Assembly (NCBI GenBank): GCA_937900675.1
Contig: CALCEA010000113.1
Span: 5,455 to 69,454 of the forward strand
DNA: 64,000 bases
Reading direction: 5' to 3'
From: an uncultured Chitinophagaceae bacterium
Lineage (GTDB): Bacteria > Bacteroidota > Bacteroidia > Chitinophagales > Chitinophagaceae
Shown here in pieces: positions 55,997 to 64,000 of this stretch. Each line of letters opens with the position of its first letter. Within the stretch, counting starts at the first letter, position 1. Under the pieces are notes generated by a model, which was given only the letters and a program-made list of their open reading frames with translations, searched no databases and had not been told where the DNA came from. The position numbers and the translations under genes are program-made.

Positions 55997-57541
55997 TTAT
56001 TGAAGTATAAAAGTGATTGTTTGATCTAATTTTCTAGTTCCGCCACCTGGCTCACTTACTTTAATTTCACCAATTGTAACGGTAGTACCAGGTTGACAAC
56101 GTTTAATTAAAGCAGAAGCACCCCCTGAAAATCTCGCACCTGTTACTTCTTCAAAATCAGGTTCATCAAAACCTTTTCCAGTACAAATAACATAATAAGA
56201 AACAACATTAAATTTAATTCCTTCAAATACAAAATCTCTTAGGTCAGCAATAACCCCTTGTTGAGCTCTGAAAACACTTGCAGACATATTACCACCAGCG
56301 CTACCTCCAACAATTGCAATTGGATCTGGCACTCTTTTTACCGGGATCGTTACTTTACTAGTAGATTTACCATCATTCACATTTAAAGTAACAGAACCTA
56401 ATTGTGTGCAATTCACCACATATTGACCTGGCCCTACTCTTCTTACTGTTGCTGCCCCATTTTCCACACTAACATTTACTTTTTCGGCTCCACCACCACC
56501 AGTAACACTCAATGGATTATCTAGGCCCTTATAGAAAACTCTAGTCTTATCTGTTGAAACCACTAAGCCAGTCGGTGTACCAACTGTATACTTAACATCT
56601 TTTTCAACTACTGCTGTCTCTCCATTAGGTTTTAAGAATGAAATTCTTACACGCTTACTGTTTAAACCAGGTGAACCAGCGACAGACTTGTATGAGGCAG
56701 TTCCATCAGGTCCAATTGGCAAGACAGCTCCATCAATACTTATAGTTGGTTTTGCAGCACTACTAAATGCCCCAACGCCTGCTGTAATAATTAATTCTTC
56801 ACCAGACATTAAATATTGGGAGTTAGATGAAGCGAAAGCATTAAATTGATCATATACCAATTCTACTTCACCGATTTCTTTATGACAATACTCCATCACT
56901 TGAGATTCGCTATTTCTGATATCGTTTTGAAACTTAGTTAAAATAGTAATAGCTGCTATTGGTGGAGTCATGTTGAAATAAGCATATCCCCAATCATTTT
57001 TACCTGCTAAAGTTGAAGTTTTAGGTATAGTTAAATCCAAGGGCAAAGTTGGTATTACATCTTTAGCAATTCCTGGATCTAGTGCAGCAAGTTTATTTTT
57101 ATACTCAGTTAGTCTGCTCAACAATTCACTACCTCTATTGGGTGTACTACCCTTTAAAAAAAATCTAGTTGTAGAACTTAAATCATGATCATTGTATTCT
57201 TCTTTGCCATCATTTATTTTTAACCCCGCCTCTTGTTTTAAGCCCGTTTTCAGAGATTCAATATATGCATATATTTCATCTGATAATTTTTGAGCTTCGG
57301 TTGCTTTAGGAGCCCATATAGCAGCCTTATCAGATGTTTTAGGATCCTCTAATTTCTTTTGTAGCGATTTGATAATGTCCGTATTCTTTTTTTGAATAAT
57401 CACATTTGCATTTGTCAAACTTTGCTCAATAGTTTTAAATGCATTCAATATTTCGCTAGATACATTTAATGCCAATAATGCAGTCAACACTAAATACATA
57501 ATGTTGATCATCTTCTGCCTCGGCTCCTTTGGTAATGACAT
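55997..57541 (-). CDS. gldM: gliding motility / type IX secretion motor protein GldM (PorM)
   Basis: 514 aa. N-terminus PRQKMINIMYLVLTALLALNVS (conserved Arg plus a single TM helix) followed by a long periplasmic domain. Confidence 0.9.
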   Translation of the reverse strand: MSLPKEPRQKMINIMYLVLTALLALNVSSEILNAFKTIEQSLTNANVIIQKKNTDIIKSLQKKLEDPKTSDKAAIWAPKATEAQKLSDEIYAYIESLKTGLKQEAGLKINDGKEEYNDHDLSSTTRFFLKGSTPNRGSELLSRLTEYKNKLAALDPGIAKDVIPTLPLDLTIPKTSTLAGKNDWGYAYFNMTPPIAAITILTKFQNDIRNSESQVMEYCHKEIGEVELVYDQFNAFASSNSQYLMSGEELIITAGVGAFSSAAKPTISIDGAVLPIGPDGTASYKSVAGSPGLNSKRVRISFLKPNGETAVVEKDVKYTVGTPTGLVVSTDKTRVFYKGLDNPLSVTGGGGAEKVNVSVENGAATVRRVGPGQYVVNCTQLGSVTLNVNDGKSTSKVTIPVKRVPDPIAIVGGSAGGNMSASVFRAQQGVIADLRDFVFEGIKFNVVSYYVICTGKGFDEPDFEEVTGARFSGGASALIKRCQPGTTVTIGEIKVSEPGGGTRKLDQTITFILQ

Positions 57542-57580
57542 GTATACTAGTTTTTAAAATGAATTATTTATTTACTACAA

Positions 57581-58267
57581 TTATTGACGACCCTGCATAG
57601 CAGTTAACATATTACTGTAAATCTGATTTAACTTAGTTAAGTTGTCTGCTAATAAAGCAATTTGTTCTTTTGCTCTCACTGCATCAGCTGCAGAGCTTGA
57701 CATTGCATTCGAAGCTTCTGATAATTTTCCATAATAATTATTCATTGCTTCCATTGTTTTTGTCATGGTAACAAATTGATCGTTTAAATTTTTCACACCA
57801 TCAGATGCTGAAGCAAAACTTCCTAAGTTATTAGCAACACTTGCAACAGAATCTTTTACCGTACCTAGTGCAATAGCAGCATCTTTTGTATTAGCTGTGA
57901 AATCTTTACTTGATTTAGCCATATCAGCTAAATCTCCCAAATACATTGCAGTATCATTTAATCTTTCAAAACTTGTACTTAATTTTTTAAAAGCAGCTTC
58001 GTCTAATTTTGCCGCTTCCATACTAGCAACAACAGACTCAGTTGCACCTGCACTAGAACCAGATGCAGGACCAGACATCTCCGGTGGAGGGAGAAACGCA
58101 TAAATAACAAATATAGCAGCTTCAGTTGTCAAACCTGCAATCAACAACCAGTCTGCACCTGGTAAATTAATTAATTTAGTTAATGCACCTAAAATAACAA
58201 TTGCTGCGCCTAAAGAGATAACAACATTAATTATTTTGTTCGTTTTTGGAGAAATGGTATTTGCCAT
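57581..58267 (-). CDS. gldL: gliding motility / type IX secretion motor protein GldL (PorL)
   Basis: 228 aa. Two N-terminal TM helices, the second carrying the conserved GLTTEAAIF Glu. Cytoplasmic Ala/Ser-rich C-terminal domain. Confidence 0.9.
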   Translation of the reverse strand: MANTISPKTNKIINVVISLGAAIVILGALTKLINLPGADWLLIAGLTTEAAIFVIYAFLPPPEMSGPASGSSAGATESVVASMEAAKLDEAAFKKLSTSFERLNDTAMYLGDLADMAKSSKDFTANTKDAAIALGTVKDSVASVANNLGSFASASDGVKNLNDQFVTMTKTMEAMNNYYGKLSEASNAMSSSAADAVRAKEQIALLADNLTKLNQIYSNMLTAMQGRQ

Positions 58268-58300
58268 TTGGTTGATTTATAAAATGAATATGTATTTAAA

Positions 58301-59596
58301 TTATTTATTTCTTGGTCCCATTGTTAAAACTGCTCTAAAGCCAATGTATGACTTTGCTGTATCTTGGTATTCAAAGTTTCTAGTACTTACTTGAACATTG
58401 TACGCAATATCTTTCCAAGAACCCCCTCTTATCACTTTTCTTTTCATTAAAATGGGATCATCATCCTTAGCATTAAATTCAACACTCGGGCTAAAATCTC
58501 CTAAGAAATTATAACCTCCTTCATAATACACAGAACTAGTCCATTCAGCCACATTACCAGACATATCGTATAAGTCAAATCCATTTAAATTTTGACTAAA
58601 ACTGCCAACTTTAGTTGTATAAATATTATCCGTTCTATTATTTCCACTACCACCAAAATACTCACCTCTACCTGGCTTAAAATTAGCTAGTAATCTGCCC
58701 TGTGAAGTTCTTGTATATGGAGAACCCCAAGGATACATTGCATTTGTTTTTGAATTTCCTCTAGCAGCGTATTCCCATTCTGCTTCTGTTGGTAATCTAT
58801 AGATACCATCAATTTTATACTCTGGTCTTCCTTTTCTTCCTAAATAATAATCACTATTATTAGTTCTCCAATTACAAAAAGCCACTGCTTGTTTCCAGGT
58901 TACTCCAACAACTGGATAATCATTGTATGCTGGATGGGAGAAATACAATCTTGTCTGAGGTTCATTGTAAGAATAAGAGAAGTCTCTCATCCATACCAGA
59001 GTGTCTGGATAAACAGCTTGATTTTGTACAACAATAAACTCACTTAAAGATTTTTCTAAGCCCTTAGACGCTCTTGCAGCTGCTTTTAAATCTATATAAG
59101 AATATCGATAAATTAACTTGTTTGGATCTAAATCAATCTTGCCTTGAATACGATTATCAGGACTCAATAATAATTCATTTAATTTTTCAAGTACCGCCCT
59201 ACTCTTCATATTAATTCTTGAAGCTCTATTCCAATCCACTCTTAAAGTATCTTCATTTTGATTTAATCCACCACCATAAATTGCTAAATATTTCAAAGAG
59301 TCAGCAACGTAGTTTACAAATCTTCTATATTGCTCGTTAGTTATTTCAGTTTTATCCATCCAAAAACTATTGATAGAAACTAGCTTTTTTCTATTGACCA
59401 TCGACATATCAACTTGCTCGTCACTTGGTCCCATGTAAAAAGAACCTGCAGGAATTTCTGTGGTGTTCTTGTCAGATGAAAATCTTGGTTTTCTTGAACG
59501 ACCTGGCCTTTGTGACATTAAAACCAATGACACCAAAACGGTGGCTAAAATGAAAGCAGGAAACCCGATTTTTAAATTTAATTTTTGCTTACTCAT
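58301..59596 (-). CDS. gldK: gliding motility / type IX secretion protein GldK (PorK), FGE-sulfatase (SUMF1) fold
   Basis: 431 aa. Contains GSFYMG, YPVVGVTWKQAVAFCNWR, RLPTEAEWEYAARG, NVAEW and VIRGGSW. It is the first gene of the gldKLMN block. Confidence 0.9.
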   Translation of the reverse strand: MSKQKLNLKIGFPAFILATVLVSLVLMSQRPGRSRKPRFSSDKNTTEIPAGSFYMGPSDEQVDMSMVNRKKLVSINSFWMDKTEITNEQYRRFVNYVADSLKYLAIYGGGLNQNEDTLRVDWNRASRINMKSRAVLEKLNELLLSPDNRIQGKIDLDPNKLIYRYSYIDLKAAARASKGLEKSLSEFIVVQNQAVYPDTLVWMRDFSYSYNEPQTRLYFSHPAYNDYPVVGVTWKQAVAFCNWRTNNSDYYLGRKGRPEYKIDGIYRLPTEAEWEYAARGNSKTNAMYPWGSPYTRTSQGRLLANFKPGRGEYFGGSGNNRTDNIYTTKVGSFSQNLNGFDLYDMSGNVAEWTSSVYYEGGYNFLGDFSPSVEFNAKDDDPILMKRKVIRGGSWKDIAYNVQVSTRNFEYQDTAKSYIGFRAVLTMGPRNK

Positions 59597-59712
59597 ATCA
59601 ATTGACGAACCTGCATAGACAGGTTTCTATTTAAAACGTTTTTTTAGCTATTTTATTACTAAACCCTTTGATTTTCAATATAAATAGGTGCGCAATTTAC
59701 CGATTCTAATTG

Positions 59713-61731
59713 TTAGATTTTTGCTAAAATGACATCTAAATCGGATGTAGGTAAAGAACAGACATTATTTTTGCACATAAAGTATTGATTATCAATGTTT
59801 GATTTGTTTTTGGATACGGGGAAATCCTTGTCTTCCTTTTCTAACCAAAGGGGTAAAATATGAGGTAAAAATTGCTCCAGAATAGGTATTAGCCTTTTAT
59901 TTATGTTTGGTCCAATACCCACTAGCTCTGTCAAACCATATGCCAATTGAAAAAAGCTTTGTGCCCAATAGCCAAAGGAACTTGGATATTGTATCATCAT
60001 GCTATGCATTGAAGCCAGCATTTTTTTGGCTTGCTCCACCCAATTAGGTTCATCAAAAATATTACCCAGATAAATTAAACTTGAACAAACCATGGCATTA
60101 CTACTTGGAGTTGCTCCGTCATAGCTGTCTTTTTTTCTTATGATACCATCTAGTTGTTGATCACTTGTAAAATAAAAGAACACTTTTTGTTCATCTATAA
60201 AATGAAGTTGAATATACTCCATCCAGCTCTTTGCATTTTTCAGATAGGATTTGTTTCCAGTAGCTTTATGCAATTCAATCAGCGCCTGCATCATGGATGC
60301 ATAATCTTCCAAGAATGCCATTGATTTAAGATGGCCATTGGTGTAGCTGTGAAAAAGGTATCCTTCTTTTGATTGCATATGAATTGATAACCACTGCATA
60401 TTTTTTTCTGCTCTTTCCAAAAGACTTTTATCTTCAGTAACAGCATAGGCTTTACATAAAGCAATGATCATTAAACAATTCCAAGAAAGTAAAATTTTGG
60501 TATCAGTTCCTGGACGAATTCTTTTTTCTCTATGAGTAAATAATATTTTTTTAGCCTCCACTAAATCCTCATTCCAGGCCTCTTCAATTAAATTGGTTGT
60601 CCAAATAATATTGGTTTGCTCCCAATTACCAGCTTCTTTAATTTGAAAATATTGGCAGAAAGGTTTCAATAAATTTTCAGGCAATAACGCTTGTAATTCC
60701 TCATAGGACCATGTATAGTATTTCCCTTCCACTCCTTCACTATCTGCATCCAGTGCCGCATAAAACATTCCATTTGTATCAGATAATTCTCTAAAAACAA
60801 AATGAATGCTTTCTTGAATTACATTTTTATAAACCCTTTTTTTAGTTAATTGATATGCCTCAGACAAAACGCCTATTAGTAAAGCATTATCATACAACAT
60901 CTTTTCAAAATGTGGCGCCTGCCATTGTGCATCAGTACTATATCTTGCAAATCCTCCACCTAGATGATCATATAGTCCGCCCTGAATCATTTTATCTAAA
61001 CTTCTAACCGCATGCACAATTGCAGATTGATCTTTGTTTGCAAAATAATTTCTTAACAAAACTTGAATAGAGAATGTCTGAGGAAATTTTGGTGCAACCC
61101 CAAAACCACCCCACTGTGTATCTGCGTTTTGTAAAATTCTTTTTGTCATCAAATCAAACTCTTCTAAACTTGGATAAGTAGTAATAGAATCAAAGTCGAT
61201 TTTCTCTTTGATATTCGTTTGAACTAAATGAGTCGTTAAATTATTTGCTTGTTCAATTAATTTTTCTTGATTGGTTTGAAATGCTTCATGAACACCTTTT
61301 AATACATCCACCCAAGATGCTCTTTGTGGCAAGGTTTTAGGTGGAAAATAAGTGCCGCCATAAAAAGGTTTACCATTCGGTAATAAAAATATATTCAAAG
61401 GCCAACCACCAGAACCAGTCATTGCTTGCAATGCATCCATATAAATTTGATCCACATCTGGTCTTTCTTCTCTATCAACTTTGACATTGATGAAATGTGC
61501 ATTCATATAGTGAGCCACTTCTTCATCTTCAAAACTCTCTCTCTCCATCACATGACACCAGTGACAAGCGGCATAACCAATACTCAATAAAATAGGTTTA
61601 TTCTGTGTTTGAGCTAATTCAAAAATAGAGGAAGACCATGCAATCCAATTTACCGGATTATGTGCATGTTGCAATAAATAGGGACTTTGTTCATGAATGA
61701 GGGCATTCGTGAATGTAGTATGAGCACTCAT
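59713..61731 (-). CDS. thioredoxin-domain protein (DUF255/YyaL family) with alpha/alpha-toroid C-terminal domain
   Basis: 672 aa. N-terminal [14 protein letters not shown] and [11 protein letters not shown] motifs characteristic of the family. Confidence 0.85.
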   Translation of the reverse strand: MSAHTTFTNALIHEQSPYLLQHAHNPVNWIAWSSSIFELAQTQNKPILLSIGYAACHWCHVMERESFEDEEVAHYMNAHFINVKVDREERPDVDQIYMDALQAMTGSGGWPLNIFLLPNGKPFYGGTYFPPKTLPQRASWVDVLKGVHEAFQTNQEKLIEQANNLTTHLVQTNIKEKIDFDSITTYPSLEEFDLMTKRILQNADTQWGGFGVAPKFPQTFSIQVLLRNYFANKDQSAIVHAVRSLDKMIQGGLYDHLGGGFARYSTDAQWQAPHFEKMLYDNALLIGVLSEAYQLTKKRVYKNVIQESIHFVFRELSDTNGMFYAALDADSEGVEGKYYTWSYEELQALLPENLLKPFCQYFQIKEAGNWEQTNIIWTTNLIEEAWNEDLVEAKKILFTHREKRIRPGTDTKILLSWNCLMIIALCKAYAVTEDKSLLERAEKNMQWLSIHMQSKEGYLFHSYTNGHLKSMAFLEDYASMMQALIELHKATGNKSYLKNAKSWMEYIQLHFIDEQKVFFYFTSDQQLDGIIRKKDSYDGATPSSNAMVCSSLIYLGNIFDEPNWVEQAKKMLASMHSMMIQYPSSFGYWAQSFFQLAYGLTELVGIGPNINKRLIPILEQFLPHILPLWLEKEDKDFPVSKNKSNIDNQYFMCKNNVCSLPTSDLDVILAKI

Positions 61732-61740
61732 AGGTGCAAT

Positions 61741-62508
61741 TTACTTCTTTTTAGTCTGCTGTGCTAAGAATTGATCTAAGCCGGCCACCATGCTGGGTGT
61801 TTGAGGGCTGGGTACCTGAATGTGTAAAGTAAGACCCGCATCTGCTACTGCCTTACAAGTATTAGAACCAAATGCTCCAATGATGGTACCGTTCTGTTTA
61901 AAATCTGGCTGATTATCTAAAAAGCTTTTCAAACCACTAGGAGTGAAAAGGCATATAGCATCAAATTTATGTTCTTTCAACAAAGGCTTGATGTCTGTAC
62001 TTTCTGAGCGGTACATATAGCCCAACTCAAAACTACAACCATGGTCTTTCAACCAATTCACAATCTCATTATCTTGTTGATTCTCACTACAAACATATAA
62101 GAACTTCTCGTTCGCCTTGTGTTTATTGAGTACATCAAATAATTTCTTATTGGTACCATCAGAACCAAAGAAAACTTTACGCTTTCTGTACATGATAAAC
62201 TTCTGAAGGTATAAAGCAACAGACTCAGTGATACAAAAATATTTTGTGTCTTGATTGATATTTACTTTTAATTCATCACAGGTTCTAAAAAAATGATCAA
62301 TTGCATTTTTACTAGTGAATATTACTCCTGTATATTCTGTAATATCAATTTTAGTTTTTCTAAAATCTTTTGCGGGAATAGCAACTAATTGAATTAATGG
62401 CTGAAAAAACAATGTGACATTGTACTTACGCTCTAAATCAAAATAGGGAGATTTTTCACTCTCTGGTTTAGCCTGAGAAATAAGAATTTTTTTAATTGCC
62501 ATTTTCAC
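61741..62508 (-). CDS. uroporphyrinogen-III synthase-like (HemD/HEM4 family) protein
   Basis: 255 aa with a two-lobed alpha/beta pattern (FTSKNAIDHFF ... LFTPSGLKSF). Family call made by resemblance only. Confidence 0.6.
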   Translation of the reverse strand: MKMAIKKILISQAKPESEKSPYFDLERKYNVTLFFQPLIQLVAIPAKDFRKTKIDITEYTGVIFTSKNAIDHFFRTCDELKVNINQDTKYFCITESVALYLQKFIMYRKRKVFFGSDGTNKKLFDVLNKHKANEKFLYVCSENQQDNEIVNWLKDHGCSFELGYMYRSESTDIKPLLKEHKFDAICLFTPSGLKSFLDNQPDFKQNGTIIGAFGSNTCKAVADAGLTLHIQVPSPQTPSMVAGLDQFLAQQTKKK

Positions 62509-62517
62509 TTTCCAGTT

Positions 62518-63537
62518 TTAAAAAGTACCTCCAAAATATTGTACGACTAATTTATACAAGATCAGGATAGGAACTATTTCGAAAGCACAAAGGTAAAGAA
62601 AAAAATGGAAGGAAGATATATGTAATTTATTCCTAACAGTTGTTAAAGAAAACAAGTACCTATAAAGAATCAACAATACTGCCAAAACGGCGCTTCCCAC
62701 CATCGCAAAATCGTGTAAATAAGGCTTTGCAAAGGCCAAAATGAGGATGAAAGGAATCAGCAAAATGCCTAGTACTTTATTAATCATAAAGATCACGAAT
62801 ACATAGGTTTGTACCAATTCCATTGTATTGAATGTATAACCAGCAAGTAACAAAAAAAGGTATTTGCCAAGATATAAACAAGTGAAAAACAAACAGATAT
62901 ATCCATACCCTTCCCAGAAAGAAAGAGGCAATAAGTGTCTATTTAAAATAAGCAACGTAGCCATTAATGAAAAGCTCAAAATGAAACTAATATTCATTAA
63001 TAAAGAAGCCAAATTATTTTGTAATAATTGCTCCCTGTTTTGAAGCATCCTTAATGAAGACTGATTGAACTGGCTAAATAATTTAGGAAAATATTGAGGG
63101 TATACATTGTGAACAAATGCAAATAAAAATAGTAAGCCAAAGATACTATAGAATAAAAAGTCTTTATCTGGCAATGAAAATCTTTGTTCAATTCTAAAAA
63201 CAATAGGCGCATCCTTTGACTTAGTCACCAATTCATTATATAATTTGAAAGCATTCTTCTTTTGTGCAAAATAGGCTTTATAATCTTTTAAAGGATTGTA
63301 GTTAGAATCTATCACCGCGCCATGTAAAAAACTAAAATGATTGGCATCTGCTAATTGAAATGATTTAGGGATAATAGGAACATATTGAATCATCAATGTG
63401 TCTTTCTTAGCCACTGTATCCATCATAGCCAGTGCACTATCCACTTTTCTAGAAATACTATCCACCTGGGTAAAGGAACTCAATACCAAACACCCAAGTA
63501 AAACAAATAGTAATTTTTGAATAGTTGAAAACATCAT
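62518..63537 (-). CDS. DUF4271-family membrane protein
   Basis: 339 aa. N-terminal signal/anchor, then a soluble segment and 6 or more C-terminal TM helices. As I recall, this family is usually paired with the HemD-like gene in Bacteroidetes. Confidence 0.55.
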   Translation of the reverse strand: MMFSTIQKLLFVLLGCLVLSSFTQVDSISRKVDSALAMMDTVAKKDTLMIQYVPIIPKSFQLADANHFSFLHGAVIDSNYNPLKDYKAYFAQKKNAFKLYNELVTKSKDAPIVFRIEQRFSLPDKDFLFYSIFGLLFLFAFVHNVYPQYFPKLFSQFNQSSLRMLQNREQLLQNNLASLLMNISFILSFSLMATLLILNRHLLPLSFWEGYGYICLFFTCLYLGKYLFLLLAGYTFNTMELVQTYVFVIFMINKVLGILLIPFILILAFAKPYLHDFAMVGSAVLAVLLILYRYLFSLTTVRNKLHISSFHFFLYLCAFEIVPILILYKLVVQYFGGTF

Positions 63538-63579
63538 TGCAAAAATAAGTATACTAGGTCAGAATTAGTAACTAATGAC

Positions 63580-63587
63580 TAGCTTTG
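63580..63587 (+). promoter_or_regulatory. candidate -7 box TAGCTTTG for the radical SAM gene
   Basis: Exact TAnnTTTG match, 16 nt upstream of the ATG at 63604. Confidence 0.4.
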
Positions 63588-63603
63588 TGCTTTAAATACG
63601 CTC

Positions 63604-64000
63604 ATGGCAGGAATTTACATACATATCCCCTTTTGTAAAAAAGCTTGCCATTATTGCAATTTTCATTTTAGTACTCAAACAAGCAATATTGACGCATTTA
63701 TTGAAGCTTTATTGATTGAAATAGATCTTCGCAAGGACTATCTCTCAGCGCCTATTCAAACTATATATTTTGGAGGAGGCACCCCTTCCTTATTATCCCA
63801 TACTCAACTTAAAACAATTGTAGAGGCATTAAAAAAACATTTTGTTTTAAATGATACCATAGAGTTCACTATTGAAGCCAATCCTGATGATATAAACGAA
63901 GAGCAGCTTCAACAATGGAAGCATTTAGGTATAAATAGATTAAGTATAGGAATACAAAGTTTTCAAAATGAGGCCTTAGCTTGGATGAACCGAGCGCATG
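63604..64000 (+). CDS. hemW: radical SAM family heme chaperone HemW / oxygen-independent coproporphyrinogen oxidase-like, N-terminal part (truncated by window edge)
   Basis: Not in the ORF track. Translation gives MAGIYIHIPFCKKACHYCNFHF...IYFGGGTPSLL, with the CxxxCxxC radical SAM cluster motif and the HemN/HemW N-terminal pattern. Confidence 0.85.
   Translation, partial: MAGIYIHIPFCKKACHYCNFHFSTQTSNIDAFIEALLIEIDLRKDYLSAPIQTIYFGGGTPSLLSHTQLKTIVEALKKHFVLNDTIEFTIEANPDDINEEQLQQWKHLGINRLSIGIQSFQNEALAWMNRAH

Overview
AT-rich, very gene-dense chromosomal segment, almost certainly from a member of the Bacteroidota. Evidence for the phylum: a gldK-gldL-gldM-gldN type IX secretion/gliding core, Bacteroidetes-typical DUF families, and recurrent TAnnTTTG -7 promoter boxes in front of genes. 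I recognise about 60 protein-coding genes, and nearly all are housekeeping. They include: (a) replication and repair genes (recQ-family helicase, ruvB, ruvC, dnaB, dnaX, uvrC); (b) translation genes (leuS, pheT, gatA, rplS, rsmA, rsmE, a SUI1-family gene, engB); (c) an atpB-E-F-H-A F-type ATPase block; (d) relA/spoT, purA, gpmI, pdxA, uppP, ftsX, zapA, rny, greA and tatA; (e) a copper P-type ATPase, three ABC systems and a few conserved proteins of unknown function. I found no rRNA, tRNA, CRISPR array, transposase, integrase or phage genes. I also see no convincing accessory island or classic novel multi-gene defence-type system. The signals most worth follow-up are small-scale. (1) An A10 run flanked by an inverted repeat sits exactly at the predicted gamma/tau boundary of dnaX, with stops in both alternative frames, so it is a candidate programmed slippage site. 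(2) A promoter-like box is followed by a strong intrinsic terminator inside the greA leader, an arrangement like E. coli GraL. (3) DnaB carries a Gly-rich C-terminal extension ending in an SSB-tip-like DDDASPF. (4) GldK has no lipobox cysteine, and short repeated elements occur at the gld cistron junctions. (5) A small, extremely charged protein contains tandem LxLDDD repeats. (6) An ABC-2 exporter is linked to a LolA-fold protein. All functional calls come from reading the supplied translations and the raw sequence. No database search was run.
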